From contig CAVPJD010000032.1 of the NCBI GenBank assembly GCA_963705165.1, positions 1 to 64,000 on the forward strand: DNA of 64,000 bases, given 5' to 3'. Below the pieces are notes generated by a model. It worked only from the letters and a program-made list of their open reading frames with translations, was not told the origin of the DNA and searched no databases. The translations under genes and the position numbers were made by a program. The first letter of the stretch is position 1; every line of letters starts with the position of its first letter. This DNA is from an uncultured delta proteobacterium (GTDB lineage Bacteria > Desulfobacterota > Syntrophia > Syntrophales > UBA2192). Below, in pieces: positions 1-10,043 of this stretch.

Positions 1-289
1 GGTTCTCTCCAAAGGCTCCATGCCGGCGATCATCACCCACGATGACGGATTTTTCATTTCTGTATTCAGCATTTACAAAGCCGGGGAAGACGGCGTTTTC
101 AAGGAGCCGGTGAACACGCCCATTGACATCAGAGTTGAAGACCCGGGCACGTACCTTGTGACCCTGAATTTCGGCGCTCTCAATGACACAGATACTCATG
201 TCCTGATTTACAGCACACCCGAGCCCGGGACGCTCCTGCTACTGGGGCTTGGCCTTATTGTTGTCGGAATCCTGCGAAGGAGGGGCTGA
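1..289 (+). CDS. PEP-CTERM sorting domain protein, 5'-truncated by window edge
   Basis: C-terminus TPEPGTLLLLGLGLIVVGILRRRG; hairpin plus T-run follows at ~316-356. Confidence 0.85.
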   Translation, partial: VLSKGSMPAIITHDDGFFISVFSIYKAGEDGVFKEPVNTPIDIRVEDPGTYLVTLNFGALNDTDTHVLIYSTPEPGTLLLLGLGLIVVGILRRRG

Positions 290-389
290 ACCGTCAGCCG
301 ACATAAAGGACTGCATGCGGCGCTTTTCGTAAGGGTTGACGAAGCGCCGCTTTTTATTATGCACAACTTTTCGATTTAATGATGATCCG

Positions 390-819
390 ACGATCAGGGT
401 CAGACTTGCATATTGCGATTTGAACGACTTAGCCTTCCAGTGCGTCGAGCACTTGTTTCACGTTGACCTTCAGGTCCACGTCGTCTTGTAAGTAGCGTGT
501 CACTGCTGCGGGGTCTTTCCTCAGGAAGTTCGCAATTTCATGGTTCCGGTAGGAAAAGTCCTTCGCTATTTTGCACAACAGCCGCCGTCCGTCCCTGACC
601 GTGCGCACGATCAGGGTCAGACTTGCATATTGCGATTTGAACGACTTAGCCTTCCAGTGCGTCGAGCACTTGCTTCACGTTGACCTTCAGGTCCACGTCG
701 TCTTTTAAGTAACGTGTCACCGCTGCGGGGTCTTTCCTCAGGAAGTTCGCAATTTCATGGTTCCGGTAGGAAAAGTCCTTCGCTATTTTGCACAACAGCC
801 GCCGTCCGTCCCTGACCGT
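390..819. repeat. Tandem ~213-bp duplication (390-602 and 607-819) of the RAYT 3' end plus its flanking repeat
   Basis: Near-identical copies with about 4 substitutions, separated by GCGC. Confidence 0.9.
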
Positions 820-1623
820 TCTTGACTTTGTACTGGCGCGCATCTGTTCCATGGATACTGCAGTGAGTCGCTCAATCGCCATTGCAATTTTTTCCAGGGA
901 ATGATGCCTCTGCCTTCTGTTTCCAGTGATTTCAGCAGGAACCCTGCTCTTGATATCCTCTACGAACTGTTCATCACCAAGCAGCCGCTGATCGACCGTT
1001 CCGTATATTTCCTTCCTGTCAGCGACGGGTCCCGTGTTCATGAACTCAAGATACCGTTTGATTGCTGCAGGTTCATGCTCTGAAAACAGTCGGAGAACAA
1101 GGTCTGTGTCGACGAGGCCGCTGTTCGATGCCTTGTTTATATATGCACTATGGCTGCTCCATGGGTAATCTCCGGGCAGCTCTGTGGCTTTGGCCCTGAC
1201 GGGATTGAGATGGATGTATTTGATGAGTGTCAAGAGGTATTCATCCCTGTCGCAGAGGATCGCCTTATAGCGGCCCTGAAACAGGTGACCGACTGTTTCT
1301 TGCTTTCGGTTGAAATACATTGTGTAACTTTGATTGAGGCCCTGGATAATCTTGGAGAGTGGCATCTGCGCCGTTTCGATGAGAAGGTGCACGTGGTTGG
1401 GCATCAGGACGTAGGCAAAGAGCAAAAAGCGGTAGCGCTCCTTGTACTTCGAGAGAGATTCAAGATACCGGGCGAAATCATGTTTCGATCGGAAGATTTT
1501 CTGCCGTTGGTTTCCCCGGGCCAGAACGTGATAAAGGGCGCCGTCGAATTCGATCCTGCGTTTTCTTGCCATGGAGGGGAAATAACGGAAAGCCGGTCAA
1601 ATGTCAATATGCAAGTCTGACCC
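614..1623. repeat. 19-bp inverted repeats flanking the RAYT gene
   Basis: GGGTCAGACTTGCATATTG at 614-632 (also 397-415) and its reverse complement at 1605-1623. Confidence 0.85.
646..1572 (-). CDS. REP-associated tyrosine transposase (RAYT, Y1 HUH family) with C-terminal HTH/DnaA_C-like region
   Basis: MARKRRIEFDGALYHVLARGN start, MPNHVHLL HUH motif, GHLFQGRY, YIHLNPVRA, YPWSS. Confidence 0.9.
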   Translation of the reverse strand: MARKRRIEFDGALYHVLARGNQRQKIFRSKHDFARYLESLSKYKERYRFLLFAYVLMPNHVHLLIETAQMPLSKIIQGLNQSYTMYFNRKQETVGHLFQGRYKAILCDRDEYLLTLIKYIHLNPVRAKATELPGDYPWSSHSAYINKASNSGLVDTDLVLRLFSEHEPAAIKRYLEFMNTGPVADRKEIYGTVDQRLLGDEQFVEDIKSRVPAEITGNRRQRHHSLEKIAMAIERLTAVSMEQMRASTKSRTVRDGRRLLCKIAKDFSYRNHEIANFLRKDPAAVTRYLKDDVDLKVNVKQVLDALEG

Positions 1624-1692
1624 CGCGGTCCATGCATAAAAAGAGGGCCGCAGTGTGGATGCGGCCCTCTGGTCTGATTATGTTTGCGTGTC

Positions 1693-2330
1693 TTACTTCG
1701 TGCGCCTCCGCGTGATGCCAAGGGCAACGAGGCCGAGGCCGAGCAGGGTGAGCACGCCGGGCTCGGGGACTGTGATACCGACTAATCCCTGAAATTGGGT
1801 CAGTTGGCTTGCCGTTTCTCTGCCCGGGGTGATCCACAGGAAATCACTGACATCTCCCGTATTGCTGCCGAGTGCCGTGAGATAAGAGTTATAAAGGCCG
1901 AATTGTGGTGCCGCAGCGTCAAGATGGTAGACATTGAAACCGTTGTTCACAGTCCAGATAGCCGCCTGGAGGGCTATTGCTGCATCACCCTGACCCGCGG
2001 TGCCATAGTTGCTCAGCAGCCAGGCAACCTGATCTGCATGAGCAAGGGGTGAGCCATAAATGACCCCGGCATTGTTTACAACGGTGCTGGGATAGTCACC
2101 GGGTACATATACGCTTTTGAACAGATCTACGCAATATAGGTAACTTAACCGGATTTCCGTTCAGGTAAGAAACATCAATTGACCCGCCGCCTTCTGTTAC
2201 CATGCTGCTCATTCAATACAGAGAAGGGAATTGAAGAATACGAGCCTCCAAGTTGTAAATAATCTGCCTGTGCCGCTCCAGCTAAAAGAAATACCATGCA
2301 AGTTGCCAGAACAAGAACCTTTTTGATCAT
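1693..2330 (-). CDS. PEP-CTERM protein with thioester-domain-like motifs (frameshift near 2170-2200)
   Basis: Signal peptide MIKKVLVLATCMVFLLAGAAQA; manual translation gives LYCVD...LQAAIW...FQGLV in frame with VPEPGVLTLLGLGLVALGITRRRTK. Confidence 0.8.
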
Positions 2331-2392
2331 TTGCTTCCTCCTCGTAGATTGTGTGATCAGATTCAATGGTTGCATCAGTTACATTGGCTGTT

Positions 2393-2638
2393 TGCAAGAT
2401 CAATGCCGAGTGCCGTTACAGCCGCATTAATAAATTATAATTATATGTTATTATTCACATAAATAATTTAGATATTTTGGGTATTATCCAAGAATAGTCC
2501 GGGCTGTTGAATTCTTGAATTGTAAAGTATACCTACAGTAAAAAAAGAGCATTTCAGGGACTATTCTAAATTAATCAAACATATACGAGTTATTGGCAAT
2601 TTAATCTAGTCTGGAAGAAAGTGTATAGTATTCCGACA
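2393..2638 (-). promoter_or_regulatory. Sigma-54-type promoter with paired TGT-N11-ACA (PEP-CTERM-box-like) enhancer sites
   Basis: CGGCATTGATCTTGCA (2408-2393); boxes at 2521-2537 and 2622-2638. Confidence 0.7.
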
Positions 2639-2901
2639 ATTTCAAGGCAAACCAAGGTCGGGTACTTTATGGGGTGCGCTTGCCTGGCGATGACCGCCTT
2701 TTCCAAGGCTTGCCCCGCCATCTTTAGATAGAAAGAGGACCGCGAGATGAGTGCGGCCCTCTGGTCAGGTCATGTTCAGGTGCGTTCTTTGTGCGCCAGG
2801 GATTATTTTTTCGAATTTAACCAAAAATACTTGTCACACCGGTTACATTAACGAAACGGGCAAGCCACGGACACAGGAAACATGATCAAAGCGCCTGCCA
2901 T

Positions 2902-3147
2902 TGTCGGGAATATTTACGTCATTGGCTTGATTGGGGCTACGAAAAAATGCGTATGCTTTTAACTGATTGAAAAGATGTGGTTTCAGCGGATACGCACGTT
3001 TGTCGGAATACTTTACGATTTGGCAGTTGTTGATTGATGAAACCTGTGTATAAAAATAAATCTATTCTTATTAATTCAATAATTATAATATGTTGCAATC
3101 ATGATTGGCTGAAAAGTTATCAACAGCTTCATGGCACATATTCTGAA
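2902..3147 (+). promoter_or_regulatory. Paired enhancer boxes plus sigma-54-like promoter
   Basis: TGTCGGGAATATTTACG at 2902, TGTCGGAATACTTTACG at 3001, TGGCAC-N5-CTGA at 3132. Confidence 0.65.
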
Positions 3148-3184
3148 TCTTGACCTGCCAAAATCAATATTGAAGGAGGGGGAC

Positions 3185-3782
3185 ATGAAAAAGATTCTTA
3201 TTATTTCAATCTTTGCACTAGTGTCGCTAATGTCGTTCCCAGTCGCTTTTGGCTATCCTGTTTATCAAGGCGATATCATCACACTGGCTAACGGTATCGG
3301 TGATACAAATGGAGGCGAGTTCAACTTATCAAAATCCGGCACGTTTTTATTCAAAACTTTTTGCCTTGAGGCGAATGAAACCATCAGTTTTGGCACTCCT
3401 TACAAAGTGGGCAGCATCGATACGGGTGCTATTTTGGGCGGTCAAGGTGGGCCCATTGATCAAGTGGATGTCAGGACGGCGTATCTGTATTATCATTTCG
3501 CCGTAGGAAATCTTCAAGGTTATACATACGGAAAAGCCGCCAGCGCAGATGCTCTTCAAAATGCCATTTGGTATATCGAAGGGGAAGGCGGTGTGAATAA
3601 TGCTTTCGTAGCACTTGCGGAAGGTAAGTGGAGTGACACGGTAACGTCCGTGTATTAACCTGGTTGATACGGTCTCGGGTGAGAACAACAGTCAGTATTG
3701 ACGCTCATTCCGGAGCCCATGACAATGATTCTCTTCGGCCTTGGCCTTGTTGGCCTGGCCGGCTCTGAGGAGGAAAGAATAA
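3185..3782 (+). CDS. PEP-CTERM protein, thioester-domain-like (frameshifted near 3' end)
   Basis: Signal peptide MKKILIISIF, GGEF, TFCLE, LQNAIWY; IPEPMTMILFGLGLVGLAG encoded in another frame at ~3706-3782. Confidence 0.8.
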
Positions 3783-3808
3783 CCGTTGAAATACCTTCTG
3801 CGATCAAT

Positions 3809-3841
3809 GGCGGCAGGCTTTCGAGCCTGCCGCTTTTTTTT
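3809..3841 (+). terminator. Intrinsic terminator shared by three PEP-CTERM genes (also 5031-5063, 6082-6112)
   Basis: GGCGGCAGGCT-loop-AGCCTGCCG followed by a T-run. Confidence 0.85.
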
Positions 3842-3932
3842 ATTATAGTCCCTATCATTCTATAATCATTGATAATTGAGACATGAACGATTCAAAATGT
3901 TCTCGGCATCCCGCATCAGGCGCAGAGGGCAG

Positions 3933-4318
3933 TGTCGGGTTACTTTACAAATGCTACGTGTGCACTATCCTGGATCCAAAATATCCGAGACATCTGCAAT
4001 AAACAGCTAAAATAGTAATAATAATGTGCATATGGGAAAATGCTGCTGCAATCGTCCCATCTGTAATATACGTAAGAAGTAATTCCCACTCATGGACCGT
4101 CACTGTTAACTGTTAAGGATATTTACAGTTACAAACAATTTGAGTGTAAAAAACATGTCAATGATAATAATGCTATATGGGAATATGGTTGCATCTGTCA
4201 TATTTGTATCGTCGGTATAGTTTACATTTTACGCTGCATATACGCATGACGAAATATTAGAATAATGAATGATATCATGGTCATATAATCATCGTCATCG
4301 ATTGGTATGCTTAGTGTA
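3933..4318 (+). promoter_or_regulatory. Enhancer boxes plus sigma-54-like promoter
   Basis: TGTCGGGTTACTTTACA at 3933, TGTTAAGGATATTTACA at 4111, CGTCGGTATAGTTTACA at 4210, TGGTATGCTTAGTG at 4303. Confidence 0.6.
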
Positions 4319-4366
4319 AAGCCTTGATTACAAGTAAATGTAAACACTAAAGCTGGAGAGGGACAA

Positions 4367-4999
4367 ATGAAAAAGTTAGTATTTATTCTTTGTGCAGCAG
4401 TGGCATTGTTTTCGACGCCACAATGGGCGCTAGCCTTAGATACGGTCTATGTAGCGCCTGGGTATGGATCTCGTAATGTGGGCAGTGGCGGGGAATTTAC
4501 CTTGACAGCGTCTGGATCGTTGACTGGAACATTCCAAACCTTCTGTTTAGAACGGGATGAATTCCTTTCTTCTAGTGCAACTTATAATTACGTCATTAAC
4601 AGCGCTGCCGTTGACGGCGGTATTGGAGGTCCTAGCCCAGATCCGATTTCCAAAGGTACGGCGTATCTTTTCTATAATTTTGCAAAGGGAATACTGGCAG
4701 GTTATGATTATACTGGAACGACAACAACGCAGGAACTTCAAAATGCGATTTGGTATCTTGAGCAGGAGATCACTGATCCCGGAACAAACCAATTTTTGAC
4801 CGCCGTATATGGTCAGTATGTGAGTCTCGCCGGTGCTCGTGCTGATGCTAACGGCCTTTTTGGTGTTGCGGCCCTGAACCTTTCCAGAGCGAATGACCCG
4901 TTTGCACAGGATGTGCTGGTCGTAACCCCCGAACCGCTGACGATGATCCTTCTCGGTCTCGGCCTTGTCGGTCTGGCCGGTCTTCGGAGAAAAGAATAG
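4367..4999 (+). CDS. PEP-CTERM protein, thioester-domain-like
   Basis: Signal peptide, GGEF, TFCLE, LQNAIWY, AQDVL, TPEPLTMILLGLGLVGLAGLRRKE. Confidence 0.92.
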   Translation: MKKLVFILCAAVALFSTPQWALALDTVYVAPGYGSRNVGSGGEFTLTASGSLTGTFQTFCLERDEFLSSSATYNYVINSAAVDGGIGGPSPDPISKGTAYLFYNFAKGILAGYDYTGTTTTQELQNAIWYLEQEITDPGTNQFLTAVYGQYVSLAGARADANGLFGVAALNLSRANDPFAQDVLVVTPEPLTMILLGLGLVGLAGLRRKE

Positions 5000-5113
5000 C
5001 AAATAAAGAAGAATAACCTTCTGTGGTGTGGGCGGCAGGCTGACGAGCCTGCCGCTTTTTTTTGCGTGAGATTGCCACGGGGCTTCGCCCCTCCTAAGCA
5101 ACAGCACTACCCG

Positions 5114-6356
5114 TGGTCGAAAGATGTAGGGGCCGTTCCCCGAACGGCCCAACAAGCCCGATCGGGGATCGGGCCCTACGAGAAGAAGGCTGTTTCTTCA
5201 ATCGATAACCCCGGACGAAGTCGGGGTCTGTTGCTCGCAATGATAGTAGAAAGGCATACATGAAAAATCGCAGGGGATAGGGACCGAAGCGAGTTCAGAA
5301 ACGAGCCGATTGTGCCGATAAATACGTATGAGGCATCTGTGGAACACTGAATCCACTGAAGGAGCAAAAACGATCCTGATGAAGAAAGCGGCAGTCATTG
5401 CAATCCTCGCAACGTTTCTTTTCTGCTCCGCGGCGGGTGCTTACCCCGTCAGCGTGGGGGACATGATCTATATCACCTCGTCGGGTCCGCTGGGGGGCGG
5501 AGGAGAAATCGCGGTGGTCAATCAGTCCAACGGGTTCAAGTTCGAGTCGTTCTGCCTGGAGCGGCAGGAGATCATCCTGCAGGGCTCGAAAAACCCCTAC
5601 GTGGTCTACGATCTGTCCCCCTACGCCATGAGCGGCGGAGGCGGCGCCGTGGACGGCAAAGACGAGCTTTCAGGCGCGACGAAGTGGCTCTACTACAACT
5701 ACTGGACGGGGGTGCTGGCGTCCGAGTACGGCTACGACGGAGTGAGCAGGAAGAAAGGCCAGGGCGCCCTTCAGCTCGCAATCTGGTATCTTGAAGGGGA
5801 GACGGACAAGCTGCAGGAAAATGACGGCGAGAAGACATGGAATGGAAAATACTTCCATGATCTTGCCATTCAGCACGAAAAAGAAGGCGCCTTCCTGCCC
5901 GTTTACGCCATGAACATATGGGGACCTTACAGGCAGGGAGCCGATATGGGGGAGGGCCAGTCGATGCTTGTCGTCACGCCTGAGCCGTGGACGCTCATCC
6001 TTCTGGGTGCGGGTCTGATCGGCCTGGCTGGTCTGAGGAGAGGGCTGTAGGCAATCGGGGAACATTCATTCCGTGGTACATGGCGGCAGGCTGACGAGCC
6101 TGCCGTTTTTTTGAAAAGCTCCGGGAAAGTCCGCCTGTATCACGAAAGGGGGCATCTCGCTCCCTCAACCTCTCGAACAAGGATCAGGATATCACTCACC
6201 CTGACCTCACTCAGAGACTGTGTCTGAATCGGCTTCGTCATTGCGAGCCACTGACCCCGCCATGCCCGGGGTTATCGATGGAAGAACAGCCTTCAACTGT
6301 AGGCCCATCCGCGATCGGGCCTGCTAGGAGTTCGGGGAACGGTCATCTTTCGACCA
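5114..6356. repeat. ~120-130-bp imperfect inverted composite REP-like repeats (5114-5243, 6238-6356) flanking a PEP-CTERM gene
   Basis: Manual reverse-complement alignment; contains GTAGG...CCTAC palindromes and a CTCGCAATGA end. Confidence 0.8.
5379..6050 (+). CDS. PEP-CTERM protein, thioester-domain-like
   Basis: MKKAAVIAIL signal, GGGEI, SFCLE, LQLAIWY, GQSML, TPEPWTLILLGAGLIGLAGLRRGL. Confidence 0.9.
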   Translation: MKKAAVIAILATFLFCSAAGAYPVSVGDMIYITSSGPLGGGGEIAVVNQSNGFKFESFCLERQEIILQGSKNPYVVYDLSPYAMSGGGGAVDGKDELSGATKWLYYNYWTGVLASEYGYDGVSRKKGQGALQLAIWYLEGETDKLQENDGEKTWNGKYFHDLAIQHEKEGAFLPVYAMNIWGPYRQGADMGEGQSMLVVTPEPWTLILLGAGLIGLAGLRRGL

Positions 6357-6715
6357 TTGGACTGCTGTTCCATCGGATAACCTCCGTAAACGGCCGGCGG
6401 TCTTGTCTCGCAATGACGAGGGGGCTTCTCGAATGACAGAATGGGGAGGCTCCTCGCAAGGACGGAAAATGGGGCATTTCTTGCATTGGCATTGATAGAG
6501 AATGGGGGCTCCGCACAATGAGCTCCTCCTCAAATAACGCTTTCAGAGCCGGGCGGGGATATTTCCCTTGACAAGAACGGGTGGTCGGATATTTGCTCAT
6601 GTCGGGGGATGTACGAAGGGACACAATAGGGTAAGGCGCAAGAGAACCTCGCGCGTATTGTGTCCCCATGTGCCTGGGGGAGAGCAACCATAGCACATGG
6701 AGGTACTCCGGTTCC

Positions 6716-7409
6716 TTGGTAATTAATTCGTTAACTGGAAAAACAACAAGACACCCTCGTTTTCATTTCTTCCTTTTCGTCCTGATTGTCTTCTCGCTTA
6801 TTTTCGCTTCGACGCCCGAAGTGCGCGCAGCCGATGTGACGCTTGCCTGGGATCCCAACCCGGAGCCTTCTGTCCAGGGCTACAGGGTGTACTACGGCAA
6901 GGCCAGTGGATTCTACACCAACGTTCTAGACGTGGGGAACCGCACGGACTGTGTCATCCCGGGGCTCGATGCGGGGACCACGTATTTCTTAGCCTGCACG
7001 GCCTACAGCGCGACGGGCGACGAGAGCAATTTCTCCGGCGAGATCGTCTACGCCACAGAGGGGGCATCTTCCGGTGCATCCGGTTCATCCGAATCATGGG
7101 CCTCGTCGAGTTGCTTCATCGCCACGGCGGCCTGGGCAGCGGGCTTGCGCCCGAGGTGTTGACGCTGCGGGAATTCCGTGACCGGTACCTGCTCACGAAC
7201 GGCCCGGGGCAGGACTTTGTCGAGTGGTATTACCGTGTGTCGCCGCCCATCGCGGCCTTCATCGCAGAGCATGAATCGCTGAAGACGGCGGTGCGCTGGC
7301 ATTGACGCCCGTCGTCGGTGCCGTGAAGTACCCGGCGGCGGCGCTCTCGATGATTCTTCTGATCCCCGCGGTAGTCATCGTCAGGAAGAGGCGAAGAGGA
7401 AGTGCCTGA
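6716..7409 (+). CDS. Fibronectin type III domain + CFI-box-CTERM surface protein (frameshifted)
   Basis: [26 protein letters not shown] Fn3 motifs; CFIATAA, then [27 protein letters not shown] in a shifted frame. Confidence 0.8.
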
Positions 7410-7451
7410 GTCGAACAAAAAAGTGTCTGAGTGAAGAGAGAATAGAAGGAT

Positions 7452-7543
7452 GTCATTGCGAGCCGAGCCTCCCGCGGCGTGGCAATACTTCGTTTGAGAC
7501 CTAGTTTCGAGATTGCTTTGTCGCTATCGCTCCTCGCAATGAC
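7452..7543. repeat. REP-like palindrome family GTCATTGCGAG...GCAATC...GATTGC...CTCGCAATGAC
   Basis: Further copies at ~6237-6418, 9609, 13499, 19998-20191, 21317-21397, 25977-26256, 27841/29362, 30517, 30596-30689. Confidence 0.85.
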
Positions 7544-7787
7544 TGGGCAGACGTAAGAACCAGACAGACAGTATTCCCAATATCCCAATTCCCAGTTACA
7601 CCCGCGGAGCGGCAGCGCAGCGGCCGGGTCAGTATTTCATTGACAAGCTCAATGCGCTCGGTTATTCAGTAAATTGAGTTGTTCGAGCGGGCACATTCAT
7701 TTCGAGTTCAATACCTTCCAGTTGCGCGCGTTTTGTGTCCTCATGTGTCGAGGGGGGGGAACCGTCACACATGGAGGTGCTCCGGTC

Positions 7788-8494
7788 ATGGAAGCCAAAG
7801 CCATAACCGCTGAAAAGAAGTGCGCCCGCCGCAAACGATCGTTGACGCTGCTTCTGCTCGTTTTCTCTTCTTATCTTCATATCAACCACCGAGGTATCAG
7901 CCGCCAGTATAAAGCTTGCCTGGGACCCAAGCCCCGAGCCGCTGGTCACAGGCTACAGGCTTTACTATGGCAGGTCGAGCGGGGATGTAGCCGAATGTCG
8001 TCGACGCCGGAAACCGAACGGACTACACCGTCACGGGGCTCGACGCCGGGACTGACCTATTACTTCACGGCAACGGCCTACACCGGCACCGGTGACGAGA
8101 GCACCTTCTCCAACGAGACTTCGTACACATTGCCACGGGGGGACGCCTGCGACAACGAGCGGATCGTCCAGGCAGCGGCGGAGGATGCTTCATCGCCACG
8201 GCAGCCTAGGGCAGCGGGCTTGCGCCCGAGGTGTTGACGCTGCGGGAATTCCGTGACCGGTACCTGCTCACGAACGGCCCGGGGCAGGACTTTGTCGAGT
8301 GGTATTACCGTGTGTCGCCGCCTATCGCGGCCTTTATCGCGGAGCACGAATCGCTGAAGACGGCGGTGCGCCTGGCATTGACGCCCATCGTCGGTGCTGT
8401 GAAGTACCCGACGGCGGCGCTTGCTTTAGTCCTTCTGCTTCCGGCGGGCGTCATGGTCAGGAAACGAGGCGAAGAAGTGCCAGTGAAGAAGTGA
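7788..8494 (+). CDS. Fn3 + CFI-box-CTERM paralog 2 (several frameshifts and an in-frame TAG; pseudogene or sequencing errors)
   Basis: [32 protein letters not shown]; 3' part nearly identical to paralog 1. Confidence 0.7.
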
Positions 8495-8608
8495 AGTCAG
8501 TGCGGCTAGTCGAGTTTGATGTTTTGTGATTAGTTCTGTCAATTGGCAATTTCTGTTTCACCAGCCACAAGTCACTAATCACTAGCCACTGGTCACTGAC
8601 GCGAAGCG

Positions 8609-9512
8609 TCAATGGTCGATCCGCTGCATCGTGGCGGGGTTGCGGGTGGCCTTCCAGGTTCGGTGTGCCTCTTCTGCAGCAATGGTCGCCCTCGATCGTG
8701 TTGCCCCGGATGCGGCCCGTGAATACGAGGGTTGATGGCTTGTCAGCCGGGTCCCCGTCGAGAGAGAAACGTATTTCATCGCCTTTGATCTTCCCGCCTC
8801 GAAGTGGAAACGGCCTGCCGTTCCGGCTGATCTGCCCCGAGAACTCCTGGAATACCTGCTTCAGCTCCATTTCCCACCGGACTTTCGCGCGTCCTTTGCC
8901 CTCCGTCCAGATCCATTTGCCCGAGGCGTTCGCGGGCACGACCCAGAAATAGGCATCCTCCCTGCCGAAGCTCGTTGTATTGTCGGGCTTCCATTCGCCC
9001 ATGTCGAAGCTGTATGAGGCGATGCGTGTGCCGGGCTTGAGCTCCCGCAGCAGTTTCGGTCGGAGCCTGAGGTTCACGTCTTGCCCCATGTAGAGGGTCA
9101 CCACGGTGGCCTCGCTGAAATCCTCCTTGAAGAGATCGGCCACGATGAACCGGACACGGTCCTGGACGCCGGCCCGGGCGGCATTGAAGCGGCTGTCGTC
9201 GACGAGGTCGGCGTCGATCTCAACCCCTACCGCACGGCAGCCTGTCTGCTTTGCGGCCTCGATGACGATGCGCCCATCGCCGGAGCCGAGGTCGTAGAGA
9301 ATATCGTCCTTCCCCACACCGGCCTTCGACAGGATCTCGGCGATGACGTAGTTGGGGGTCGGCAGGAAGGGGGCGTCGAGCTTGACACTGCGCTCCGTGT
9401 CCATGTAGGCGAAGGCTTCCGTGCAGGCCGGCAGCGGGGCGAGCGGCAGCAGGAGGGCGAGAAGGAGAATCGCTGGAAGGGGCATCGGGTTTTGAAAGGG
9501 GAATTTTGTCAA
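8609..9512 (-). CDS. Class I SAM-dependent methyltransferase with N-terminal signal/TM segment (frameshift near 8685)
   Basis: LDAPFLPTP, YDLGSGDGRIVI, GVEID, ATVVTLY, LKPGTRI. Confidence 0.85.
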
Positions 9513-9710
9513 GTTTGTTACCTCGATTATTTGTCAGAATGTTGGGAATCTGGGAACTCGGGTATCTGGGTAACATTGCAGTCAATCTACGTCTCTCTTG
9601 TCTGTCTGGTCATTGCGAGGAGATAATCGACTGTAAGCAATCTGCAAGAGATTATTCATCCTCAGACGTGGATTGCCACGCCTCGCAAGAGGCACGGGAT
9701 GGCAATTACA

Positions 9711-9745
9711 CCCTCACTTTGACTCTCTCCCCTCAAGGGAGAGGG
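9711..9745. repeat. REP-like family CCCTCACC-N-CCTCTCCC-N-GGGAGAGGG
   Basis: Further copies at ~16468, 20040-20078, 23860-23900, 26065-26157, 27882-27920, 29245-29277, 33337-33372, 53607-53683. Confidence 0.8.
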
Positions 9746-9880
9746 CACCTATAAGGTACATTTTCTCCGTAGGGAGACGGAAGCTCACTCAGGCATCTTT
9801 TTCTTCAGGGGCATTATGTCGAAAAATCGCCGGGCAATTAAAGATAATTTCATTCCGGCCGATAATATGAACGAGTAGAC

Positions 9881-9976
9881 CCCTGAAAAAGGCAATCCAT
9901 ACCGAAAGGGTGGGGCGCAAAGCCACTGGCCTACGTTCCGGGTATTTCCCGGGATAGGGCGGCAGGGCTGCCAGGG
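9881..9976 (+). ncRNA. c-di-GMP-I (GEMM) riboswitch
   Basis: CCCTG-AAAAA-GGCAATCCATACC-GAAA-GGGTGGGGCGCAAAGCC...GGCCTAC...GGGCTGC-CAGGG; P1 CCCTG/CAGGG, GNRA loop, G at the specificity position; lies upstream of an Fn3/CFI gene. Confidence 0.88.
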
Positions 9977-10043
9977 CGAAGGCAGCACTTTCCGTGCTCT
10001 GATTCGCTCTCACAGGGATAATCAAGCTTGCGGAGGTGTTGCC

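Noticed and set aside
8186..8230. In-frame TAG in CFIATAA*GSG as pyrrolysine or read-through
   Set aside because: The paralog has TGG at this position, the gene has other lesions, and no pyl genes are in the window
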